This document shows, in pieces, positions 11,787 through 19,893 of a stretch of DNA of 64,000 nucleotides. A program made the translations under genes and the position numbers. Within the stretch, counting starts at the first letter, position 1. Each line of letters opens with the position of its first letter. The DNA comes from Deltaproteobacteria bacterium (GTDB lineage: Bacteria; Myxococcota_A; UBA9160; SMWR01): the NCBI GenBank assembly GCA_032128115.1, contig JAQBHB010000040.1, positions 1 through 64,000 of the forward strand. The letters are read 5' to 3'. The notes under the pieces are model-generated. The model was not told the origin of the DNA, made no database searches, and saw only the letters and a list, made by a program, of their open reading frames with translations.

Positions 11787-13049
11787 CTACTCGCGGCCGT
11801 GGCTCGTGGCTACCGGGAGCCCGCTGCCACTGCCGACCGTGGTGCCGTCGGTCTCGGAGATGTTACGGCCGTACGCGGGAACCTGCGGAATCTCGTCTCG
11901 CGGGATCGCCGGCAGGAAACACTTGCGGCCCAGGGCCGCCTCGATCGCCGGCGCCAGGCGGTCGAGCTTGCTGCGCTCCCGGTCTGCCTCTTTCTCGGCG
12001 AACTCAGGCATCACCTGGCTCGCGAAGAGCTCCATGGATTCGCAGATGTGTTCGTGCCGGTTGTTGCCGCCCTGTTGGATGAACACGACCTGATCGACTC
12101 CGACCTGCTCGAAGCCCCGGAGATACTCACGCAGTTGATCCGGGCTCCCGATCCCGCGGCCCTCGGCCTCCGCGGGCAGGCTGTTGCGCATCTGTTCGAA
12201 GCTCGACCAGATGTCCGTACGCGAGGGTTGGTGGGAGCCGAAGAGGTAGTAGTGACCGAGCGCAAATCCGAAGAAGCGGAAGCCATCCAGGCCGCGCCGG
12301 CGAGCCTCCTCGGCATCCTCGTGACACGAGAAGCCGGTCACGATGGCCACGTTCGCGTTGACCGCGTGGCCGATGGGCACGCACTCCTTCTCGAGCGTGG
12401 TGTAGTAATCGTCGACCCAGTGTCGGGCCTCGTCGGGTGACACGAACGCGAAGGTGAGGGCCCCCATTCCGTTGCGGGCTGCGGTTCGGATGGTTTCGCG
12501 ATTGGAGCACGCCAGCCACAGGGGAGGGTGGGGCTTCTGGACGGGCTTGGGCACCACGTTGCGACAGGGCATCGAGAAAGACTCGCCCTGGAAGCCCGGG
12601 TAGGGGTCCATGACCATCATATTGGCTACCTGCTCCGTGGCCTCACGCCACATGGCGCGTTTGCGATCCAGGGGGATTCCGAATCCCTCGAGTTCGATGC
12701 GCGAGGCGGATTCACCGCTGCCGAACTCGACCCGGCCCCGAGACACCAGGTCGAGAGTTGCGATGCGTTCGGCCACCCGCGCCGGGTGGTTGTAGCCCGA
12801 GGGCGTGAGCACGATGCCATGGCCCAGGCGGATGCGTTGGGTTCGCTGGCTGCAGGCAGCCAGGAAGACCTCCGGGGCCGACGAGTGGGAGTACTCCTCC
12901 AGGAAGTGGTGCCCCACCTCCCACGCGAAGTCGATCCCGAGCCGGTCGGCGAGCTCCACCTGGTCGAGAGCCTGCTGGAACAGCGCAAGCTCGCTCTCCT
13001 CGTGCCAGGGGCGGGGCAGTTGGTGCTCGTAGAAGATTCCGAACTTCAC
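11787..13049 (-). CDS. LLM-class flavin-dependent oxidoreductase
   Basis: KFGIFYEHQLPRPW, HHFLEEYSHSSAPE, HPARVAERIATLDLVSRGR, PKPVQKPHPP. Confidence 0.92.
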   Translation of the reverse strand: MKFGIFYEHQLPRPWHEESELALFQQALDQVELADRLGIDFAWEVGHHFLEEYSHSSAPEVFLAACSQRTQRIRLGHGIVLTPSGYNHPARVAERIATLDLVSRGRVEFGSGESASRIELEGFGIPLDRKRAMWREATEQVANMMVMDPYPGFQGESFSMPCRNVVPKPVQKPHPPLWLACSNRETIRTAARNGMGALTFAFVSPDEARHWVDDYYTTLEKECVPIGHAVNANVAIVTGFSCHEDAEEARRRGLDGFRFFGFALGHYYLFGSHQPSRTDIWSSFEQMRNSLPAEAEGRGIGSPDQLREYLRGFEQVGVDQVVFIQQGGNNRHEHICESMELFASQVMPEFAEKEADRERSKLDRLAPAIEAALGRKCFLPAIPRDEIPQVPAYGRNISETDGTTVGSGSGLPVATSHGRE

Positions 13050-13356
13050 AGTCGTCCTCCTCGCGAAACGGACTCCACCTTATCGCAGAACCGGCGGGTG
13101 TATTTCAGTGCCATTGGAATCACCACAGGCCTGTTGTAGCGAGTGCCGCGCCCGAGGGTCGGGTCGGGCGCCCGCGCCCCGGCTCCCCCCCCCCGCTCGG
13201 GAGAAGTCTCGTCGATTCAGCCGGATGGCTTGGCCACCTGCGCCGGAGGATCTCAAGGGAGGAGCCCCTGACTCCGAAACGAACCCGGATGGACGCGATT
13301 CGGGGGCGAGTCCCAGGTGGGGCTCCGGATACCCCCATTTTGCGAGGTGGTCGGGC

Positions 13357-14661
13357 TTGGTCGTCGTTTGTCGCAGCTGTAACAGGCAGTTCGTGGTGAA
13401 GGATTCCACGGTTCCCCCGGAAGGGGGTGTCGTCTCCTGCCCGAAGTGTTCCTCTCCGGTGGCGGTGACGAAGCCTCCCGAAACGGGTCCGGCCACGAGG
13501 CTGGATCGCCGCGGCAAGAATCCCGCGAAGCGTCGCGCCATCGATGGGAATCGGGTGACACACATCTCCCAGGTTCGCGAGGCGCGGAGGAAATCGGTCG
13601 ACGTGCTGGCAGCCGCCCGCAGCGCCGTCGACGATCTGCTGGACTCGAAGGGGGTGCCCGCGCAGGACAAGCCGACGGCAGTCGATCAACCGATCCCGTC
13701 ACCGCCGCCGCGCCGGAAGCCCCCGTCCGGCGAGCGGCGATCCAGGTCCACCCGCGAGGCCTCTCCGGGTCCGGCACTCGCAACGCCGGGTCGTGCGAAG
13801 CCGCAGGAGCGGATCGAGCTCCCGCTCCCGCCCCCGCCCCCGCCGGCCCGCGTGCCGGAGGCTCCTGCAGCGATCGTCCAGGCATCGACCGATCCGAGCG
13901 GCGCCGCTGCGTCTCTCGACGGCGCGGGCCTCGAGATGTCCGACGCGACCCGCTGGGATCTGCTGTTGGAGCTTGCCGGCATGCTCATGCAGCTTCCCAG
14001 ATGGATGCTCGGCGCTGCGGCTCTGGCGAGCGCCGGTCTGGTACTGGCCCTGATCTGGCTCTTCAACGCCCCGGATCCGGCGCCCGCGCCCACTCCGGCG
14101 CCGGTGCGTGCAACGGCGACGCAGCCTCGGCACAGCCCAGACACCCGTTCCAGCCCGCCGACGAACCAACCGGTGGCGCCCCATCGGCCTGCCCAGGCGT
14201 CCACTCACGCGCCGGTGTCCCCGGTGCCGGTCGTTCCGGAGTCCCCCGAGCCCCAGGCGGCAGTGGCGCAAACCGCGCCCGCGAGGCCCGCGGCGCCCGA
14301 ACCGGTGGCGCCCGCGGCACTCAAACCGGCGAAGGCCGCCGCACCGACACCCGCCAAGCCCGCACCCACGCCGACGACGGCGAGACCGACGGCCCCCGCG
14401 CCCCCGTCCAAGCCCAAGGCCGCGTCCACGGCCAGCCCCCTCACGCAGCCCACGTCGCGGCCAGGGTCGGCGGCGCAGACGCCGACCGAGCCGAGCCGAA
14501 CGCCGACCCGTACCGAGAGCAGGTCGAGCAGTGGGGAAACCCGGCGCACCACGCGGACGCGCCCGCAATCGAATTGGAGCGCCGCCCAGAAGGGCGGGGC
14601 TGGGAAATCGCAGGATTCGAAGGACAAAGAGGAGGAATCGGGATGGACCGTCGAACACTGA
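13357..14661 (+). CDS. Zinc-ribbon (MJ0042-like) membrane protein with Pro/Ala/Thr-rich linkers
   Basis: CRSC...CPKC at the N-terminus after a TTG with GAGGTGG RBS, one TM helix, long Pro-rich regions. Start uncertain. Confidence 0.7.
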   Translation: MVVVCRSCNRQFVVKDSTVPPEGGVVSCPKCSSPVAVTKPPETGPATRLDRRGKNPAKRRAIDGNRVTHISQVREARRKSVDVLAAARSAVDDLLDSKGVPAQDKPTAVDQPIPSPPPRRKPPSGERRSRSTREASPGPALATPGRAKPQERIELPLPPPPPPARVPEAPAAIVQASTDPSGAAASLDGAGLEMSDATRWDLLLELAGMLMQLPRWMLGAAALASAGLVLALIWLFNAPDPAPAPTPAPVRATATQPRHSPDTRSSPPTNQPVAPHRPAQASTHAPVSPVPVVPESPEPQAAVAQTAPARPAAPEPVAPAALKPAKAAAPTPAKPAPTPTTARPTAPAPPSKPKAASTASPLTQPTSRPGSAAQTPTEPSRTPTRTESRSSSGETRRTTRTRPQSNWSAAQKGGAGKSQDSKDKEEESGWTVEH

Positions 14662-15119
14662 GCCTGGTCGTGTGCCTGGCCATGATGCTGGGATGCGCGC
14701 AGCTCAAGGTGCAGTTTCGCCAGAAGGGGGAGCGCATCGTAGACTTTCCCGAGCCGGTGGCTGAGGAATACAAATGCTCGTCACGCAAGCTGCCGTTCAT
14801 CCAGGTAGAAGAGACCGAGTTGATCCCGCACCGGGTCAAGCCGGGGAGCAAGCTCAACCTCCGCTACGTGTACGTGATGTGCCCCTCGCGGATCTCGGAG
14901 ATCGTCGAGGGCAAGCTCTACACCCGCATCCATTTCCGCGGCGCGACGATCTACAACGACGTGGTTCAGAGCGAGCTGCAGCCGGGCCGGTGGGTGGTGG
15001 ACTCGTTCATCCGTCTGCCGCTCAGGGCCGACTCCGGGATGTATGCCCTGGAGGCGCGTTTCGAGAGCCGCAAGGGACGCTTCAGCGTCCACTCGGACTT
15101 CCTGGTCGACGGCGACTAG
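14643..15119 (+). CDS. Hypothetical lipoprotein
   Basis: MDRRTLSLVVCLAMMLGC lipobox, GAGGAGG RBS, beta-rich body. Corresponds to the C-terminal part of track ORF 13446..15119. Confidence 0.75.
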   Translation: MDRRTLSLVVCLAMMLGCAQLKVQFRQKGERIVDFPEPVAEEYKCSSRKLPFIQVEETELIPHRVKPGSKLNLRYVYVMCPSRISEIVEGKLYTRIHFRGATIYNDVVQSELQPGRWVVDSFIRLPLRADSGMYALEARFESRKGRFSVHSDFLVDGD

Positions 15120-15129
15120 GCGAGGAGGG

Positions 15130-15963
15130 CTAGCTCTGGGGGATGGCCGGGGGGCCGCTGCGCAGCTTGGAGAGCAGGGCGACCAGGTCTGAGCGGGCCT
15201 CCGTACACAGGCGCTCGAACACCACGGAAAGGATCACCGAATCGTCGCAATGCGACGTGCTTGCAGGGTTCGACCGGATCACGCGGCCCGGAAGCGTGAT
15301 GGCCTCGCTCCCATCGACACCCCCGGGAATCCGCACCTGGAGCTTTCCGCCGCGTGGGAGCCCACTGGGGACGTGCAGGCGGCATCCCCGAGCCGAAATC
15401 TCCGCCAGCAGGGCGCGCCGTTGTCGCCAGCCGGTGCTCCAGGTGACATCCCAGCCGAACGGGAAGCGGGGCAAACCGCGTTGCTCCTCTTTTCCGTAGA
15501 GTGCGCGGCGCAGCAGCAGCTCGAGAGCCTCGGGATGCACCGTTCCGCGCACCAGATGATCGAAGCCCATGCCCTCCAGCCGCGCCCTCAGGGTCCTGGA
15601 GGTCTCTTCGAAGATCGCGATGGTGGTGAACTTATTCTCGCCGCTCGGTTTCGAACGCCCCATCGACAGGGCCTGGCGACCGGACATCACCAGCAGCTTG
15701 CTGGGTTCCTGCCAGCGTTCCCGAGCATCCAGGGATGGAATCCGGTGGGTCGCCACGCGCATGCGGTGGAGCGTGTTCTCCACCACCTCCAGGTCTCGGC
15801 CGCCGACCAGCAGGGCAGAGGGCTGTTGCGGTTTCGGTCGCGCGGCCGACCTGCGATCGGCGGCGCGCTGGAGTTCTCGCAGCTGGCGCTCGCGGGCGGT
15901 CTCGGGGCGCGACGTGGTGCCCTTCGCGTCGGGGGTATCGATGTGATTCATCTGGATGTGCAT
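15130..15963 (-). CDS. PilZ-domain protein
   Basis: C-terminal QRGLPR (RxxxR) and AEISARG (variant of D/NxSxxG), then LPGRVIR. Start uncertain. Confidence 0.72.
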   Translation of the reverse strand: MHIQMNHIDTPDAKGTTSRPETARERQLRELQRAADRRSAARPKPQQPSALLVGGRDLEVVENTLHRMRVATHRIPSLDARERWQEPSKLLVMSGRQALSMGRSKPSGENKFTTIAIFEETSRTLRARLEGMGFDHLVRGTVHPEALELLLRRALYGKEEQRGLPRFPFGWDVTWSTGWRQRRALLAEISARGCRLHVPSGLPRGGKLQVRIPGGVDGSEAITLPGRVIRSNPASTSHCDDSVILSVVFERLCTEARSDLVALLSKLRSGPPAIPQS

Positions 15964-16136
15964 CAGAGGCTTTCCTACGTCTCGGAATGCGGCAATCCCG
16001 ACCCATCGGATGTTGGCGAGGTCCTTCCGGCTGTTGCTGGGGTCCTTCCGGCTTTGAACGACACGGTCGTGAGTCAGTGAGTGCCCCCTCCACTGCGAAA
16101 AGTGACGGCGAAAACGCTCTCCGATTCCAGATCGGT

Positions 16137-17039
16137 TCATACCGGCGGCGGTTGCCGATCCCCGCAGCCAACCATCCGGTCGACTGCGCTCCTGCCGGTC
16201 ATGCGGCGCTTCCAGGCCAGGCCACCGAGGCCGAGGCCCAGCAGCGCCAGGGTCTGGGGCTCCGGCACCACCACGGCCTGGATTCCAGCGATCAGGAAGT
16301 GTCCGTTGGTGGCTCGAATCGACAGCTGGTCCAGCGTATTCGGAAGTCCCGGGGCCGGGTCGAACAGGCTGAGGAGAAAGGTCTCGTCCATCCCATCCAC
16401 GGGCATCAAGCGCAGGAGAAGCATGTCCTCGTTGAGCACCGGAGGCTGGTTGCGGTCGATGTAGAGCGTCGCGCGATCGCCGCCGCGAGTCTTGGACGTC
16501 GTCTTGGTCTTCGTCTTGGTCTTCGTCCTGGCCTTTGACTTGGTCTTTGACCTGGTCTTGCTCTTCATCTTGGACCTGGAGCTCGATGCACCGGAGGCGC
16601 CGCCGCTGGCGTCGTTCCCCGGGTCGAACCTCGAGAGGACGAGCACCACCGATTCGCGCACGACCGGTTGGGAGAACGCGAACGTGAGGGCCTCGTCTCG
16701 GTGGCGACCGCCGCCCGAGATCTGGGTGGACCCTTCATTGAAGCCGGCGCGAACGCCTTCGCCCAGGGTCTCGATGAATAGGGTTCCCGGGACCCCACCA
16801 CTGAGTGGCAGACCGAGTTCGGGGATCGTCGTGATCCCGCCGAGCGTGATGGTGAGCCCGCCCTTCGTGGCCGACAGGTTCGAGGCCTGCGTGCCCGTGG
16901 AGCCGAAGTCGCCTCCTCCCGTGAGGTCGAACGACACCGCAAGCGACGGCGGGGCCCATCCCCACGCCAACATCGCCACGACGACCGCCCATTTCCGTCC
17001 CGCGATCCTGTCCCGTCCCGCGATCCTGTCGACTTGCAC
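16137..17039 (-). CDS. PEP-CTERM surface protein with a Lys/Thr/Ser-rich insert
   Basis: Signal peptide, C-terminal VPEPQTLALLGLGLGGLAWKRR, internal SRSKMKSKTRSKTKSKARTKTKTKTKTTSKT. Confidence 0.85.
   Translation of the reverse strand: MQVDRIAGRDRIAGRKWAVVVAMLAWGWAPPSLAVSFDLTGGGDFGSTGTQASNLSATKGGLTITLGGITTIPELGLPLSGGVPGTLFIETLGEGVRAGFNEGSTQISGGGRHRDEALTFAFSQPVVRESVVLVLSRFDPGNDASGGASGASSSRSKMKSKTRSKTKSKARTKTKTKTKTTSKTRGGDRATLYIDRNQPPVLNEDMLLLRLMPVDGMDETFLLSLFDPAPGLPNTLDQLSIRATNGHFLIAGIQAVVVPEPQTLALLGLGLGGLAWKRRMTGRSAVDRMVGCGDRQPPPV
16995..17030. repeat. Perfect 18-bp tandem duplication
   Basis: CCGTCCCGCGATCCTGTC x2, encoding DRIAGR twice in the minus-strand gene. Confidence 0.9.
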
Positions 17040-17136
17040 GATCTTCCGAGCCTCCGTGTACGGGCCCCGATTCCGGCCGGCGCATATGCGCGCGGCTCAC
17101 CCATCCGACTTCGGGTCGTGGAGGAGTGGCGATGTG

Positions 17137-17156
17137 TGTCAATAAATGTCAATAAA
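17137..17156. promoter_or_regulatory. AT-rich 10-bp direct repeat in a divergent intergenic region (two TTGACA hexamers on the minus strand)
   Basis: TGTCAATAAA x2. A further plus-strand TTGACA lies near 17197. Confidence 0.55.
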
Positions 17157-17289
17157 GACAGATAGTTGCGTGTGTGTTGCCGATGAGAGACGCGAAGTTG
17201 ACAGCAGGCGTGCATCGCGTGCGCAACACGCGCTCGCGTCGTAGGAAAGCGCCCCGGAGCAGGGCTACGGCGCGAGGCCCGGAGTTCCG

Positions 17290-17445
17290 ATGGAAGCTGC
17301 AGAGAACATCAGAGAGGTATTCGCCGTGCAGATCGAGAATCCGACCCAGGCTATGCTGCTCGTGGGTCTCGTCCCGATGGCTCTCGTCCGGTTCAAGGGA
17401 CGGGCCCGGCGCCCCCGATGCATGCGGCTTTCGGGGCCGCGATGA
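17290..17445 (+). CDS. Putative 51-aa small membrane protein
   Basis: GGAG RBS, then MEAAENIREVFAVQIENPTQAMLLVGLVPMALVRFKGRARRPRCMRLSGPR. Below the ORF-track cutoff. Confidence 0.4.
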   Translation: MEAAENIREVFAVQIENPTQAMLLVGLVPMALVRFKGRARRPRCMRLSGPR

Positions 17446-17465
17446 TCCGAGGAGGTCTGCGACTC

Positions 17466-17855
17466 ATGAATCGAAAACACTTCGTGGCTGGATTGCTGTC
17501 TCTGGCGGTCGGTCTCGGTGCCTGCGCTTCCGGCGGCTCCGAGACGGGCAGTGCCCAGGCGCAGGCCCAGCCGCAGGCGCAGCCGCAGATGTACGCTCAC
17601 GCGCCCGCGGATAGCCCGTTGTCCGACGTGCGACCGGGGATGACCGACACGGACGTGCGGCGAATCCTGGGAAGCCCGGACAGCTCCAACGCCTACATGA
17701 CCGGAAAGGCGTGGATTCCCTTCTACTACGGGAGTGACACTCACCGCTCCGACTGGATGTATGGCGGGAAGGGCCGAGTGGTCTTCTCGCGCAATCGCTA
17801 CTCCGGTGGGCTGAAGGTGGTGCAGGTGCTCTACAACCCCAGCGAGATGCGCTGA
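17466..17855 (+). CDS. Small lipoprotein, BamE/SmpA-like
   Basis: LGAC lipobox, VRPGMTDTDVRRILGSP motif, GAGGAGG RBS. Confidence 0.75.
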   Translation: MNRKHFVAGLLSLAVGLGACASGGSETGSAQAQAQPQAQPQMYAHAPADSPLSDVRPGMTDTDVRRILGSPDSSNAYMTGKAWIPFYYGSDTHRSDWMYGGKGRVVFSRNRYSGGLKVVQVLYNPSEMR

Positions 17856-17907
17856 TTCCACCCGACGGCTTGCGCTACGATCCGGCCCTTTCAGCTGCAC
17901 GGGCCGT

Positions 17908-19881
17908 GTGAAGCGCGACCATCGACGATTCTCTGCCATCGCCTCGTTTGTCTGCGCTTGTCTGGGCGTGGCGTGCGGTGGTGATCCCCCCGCTCTCACC
18001 GATGGACCCGCGGTGGGGTGGCCGGTCCACGCCGGAGACCCTGGCGGCACGCGCTATTCGCCCCTGGACGAGATCCGCCGGGAGAACGTCGACCAGCTGG
18101 ATGTCGCGTGGACGTACCACACCGGCGATCTCCCGAACGACGAGACCCGCGACCGCAATCACTCGTTCCAGACCACTCCGATCCTGGTGGAAGACGCCGT
18201 GTGCTTCTGTACGCCACGCAGCCGCGTGGCCTGTATCGACGCGGAGACGGGGGCGGAGCGTTGGGTGCACGATCCCGGGATCGACCTCTCGCGCGGCCAC
18301 TACAACCTGAACTGCCGGGGCGTCGCCCACTGGCGGGATCTCCAGGCGGCGTCGGGGGCGCCCTGTGCGAACCGACTGTACGTGGCCACGGCCGACGCCC
18401 GGCTGGTGTCGCTGGATGTTGGAACCGGCAACCGCTGTCAGGGCTTCGGATCGGACGGCGCCGTGGATTTCTCGCGTGACGTCGGCCCGTTCCATACTGG
18501 CGAGTACGGCATCTCTTCGCCTCCCATCGTCGTGAGAAACGTGATCGTGCTGGGTTCGTCGGTGGCCGAGAATCGCCGCGTCGACATGCCCAGCGGCAAG
18601 GTGCACGCTTTCGATGCGCGCACCGGGGCTTTGCGATGGACCTGGGATCCGATTCCGCGCGATCCCGAAGATCCCGCCCGCGACACATGGCGAGGCGACA
18701 GCGCCGATCGCACGGGCGCTGCCAACGTGTGGTCGCTGGGCTCGGCAGACCCCGCGCGCGATCTGGTATTCGTGCCCACCAGCAGCCCATCGCCCGATTT
18801 CTACGGGGGCGAGAGGGTCGGCGCCAATCGCCACGCCGACTCGCTGGTGGCCCTGCGCGCCTCCACCGGGGAACTCGTGTGGGCCTTCCAGACGGTGCAC
18901 CACGATCTGTGGGACTACGACCTGGCCTCGCAACCCGTGCTGATCGACTTTCCAGTGGACGGCCGGACGCTGCCCGCCGTCGCCCAGGCCACGAAGATGG
19001 GGAACCTGTTCTTTCTGGACCGGGAGACTGGAGAGCCCCTGATTCCCGTGCAGGAGCGGCCGGTGCCCGCGACCCGCGTGCCCGGTGAGGTGACCTCCCC
19101 CACCCAGCCGTTTCCGGTCTGGCCGCCTCCACTGGCGCCCCAGGGCCTGCGCCCCGATCAGGCGTGGGGGCTCACGCCCTGGGATCGCGCACGCTGCCGG
19201 GATCAAATCGCATCCATGCGTTCCGAGGGCATCTTCACGCCGCCGAGCTTCGAGGGCAGCGTGATCTTTCCCGGCACCGCCGGGGGCTCCAACTGGGGCA
19301 GCGTCGCCTACGACCCCGAGCGCCAGCTCCTGGTGGCCAACACCTCCCGCGTGGCCAACACGGTCCAGCTCTTCCCGCGCGACGAGGCCGACTTCGAACG
19401 CGACAGCGACTCGTACGTGGGGCGCGCCGAAATGAAGGGCACCCCCTACGTGGCCCGCTTCGGCGTGCTGCTGTCGCCCTTCGGTGTGCCGTGCAATGCG
19501 CCTCCCTGGGGAACCCTGGCCGTTCTCGATCTGGGCGCGCGTCGCCAGCGTTGGGAGGTCACTCTGGGCACCACCCGCGACCTGGCCCCGTTGGGGATCG
19601 CCCTGGCCTGGGGCACTCCCAACATGGGCGGCCCCCTGACGACGGGCGGGGGGGTGGTCTTCATCGGCGCCGCCCTGGACGACTACCTGCGTGCCTTCGA
19701 CGTGGAGAGCGGCGAGGAGATCTGGAAGGCCCGACTCCCGGCGGGCGGTCAGGCGACGCCCATGACCTACCGCGCTCGCGACGGAGGGCGGCAGTTCGTG
19801 GTGATCGCCGCAGGCGGGCACTCCCAGATGCGATCCCGGAGGGGTGACAGCCTGGTGGCTTTCGCCCTGGCGTCCGAATGA
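17908..19881 (+). CDS. PQQ-dependent dehydrogenase (glucose/quinate/shikimate family), lipoprotein type
   Basis: GGTRYSPLDEI, NCRGV, VHHDLWDYD, GGSNWG, ARLPAGGQATPMTY. No N-terminal 5-TM anchor. Confidence 0.93.
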   Translation: MKRDHRRFSAIASFVCACLGVACGGDPPALTDGPAVGWPVHAGDPGGTRYSPLDEIRRENVDQLDVAWTYHTGDLPNDETRDRNHSFQTTPILVEDAVCFCTPRSRVACIDAETGAERWVHDPGIDLSRGHYNLNCRGVAHWRDLQAASGAPCANRLYVATADARLVSLDVGTGNRCQGFGSDGAVDFSRDVGPFHTGEYGISSPPIVVRNVIVLGSSVAENRRVDMPSGKVHAFDARTGALRWTWDPIPRDPEDPARDTWRGDSADRTGAANVWSLGSADPARDLVFVPTSSPSPDFYGGERVGANRHADSLVALRASTGELVWAFQTVHHDLWDYDLASQPVLIDFPVDGRTLPAVAQATKMGNLFFLDRETGEPLIPVQERPVPATRVPGEVTSPTQPFPVWPPPLAPQGLRPDQAWGLTPWDRARCRDQIASMRSEGIFTPPSFEGSVIFPGTAGGSNWGSVAYDPERQLLVANTSRVANTVQLFPRDEADFERDSDSYVGRAEMKGTPYVARFGVLLSPFGVPCNAPPWGTLAVLDLGARRQRWEVTLGTTRDLAPLGIALAWGTPNMGGPLTTGGGVVFIGAALDDYLRAFDVESGEEIWKARLPAGGQATPMTYRARDGGRQFVVIAAGGHSQMRSRRGDSLVAFALASE

Positions 19882-19893
19882 CGAGGCGCGCGA

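Noticed and set aside
13185..13194. C10 homopolymer as a phase-variation tract
   Set aside because: It lies upstream of the likely start (13357) in GC-rich DNA, and there is no evidence of length variation from one sequence.
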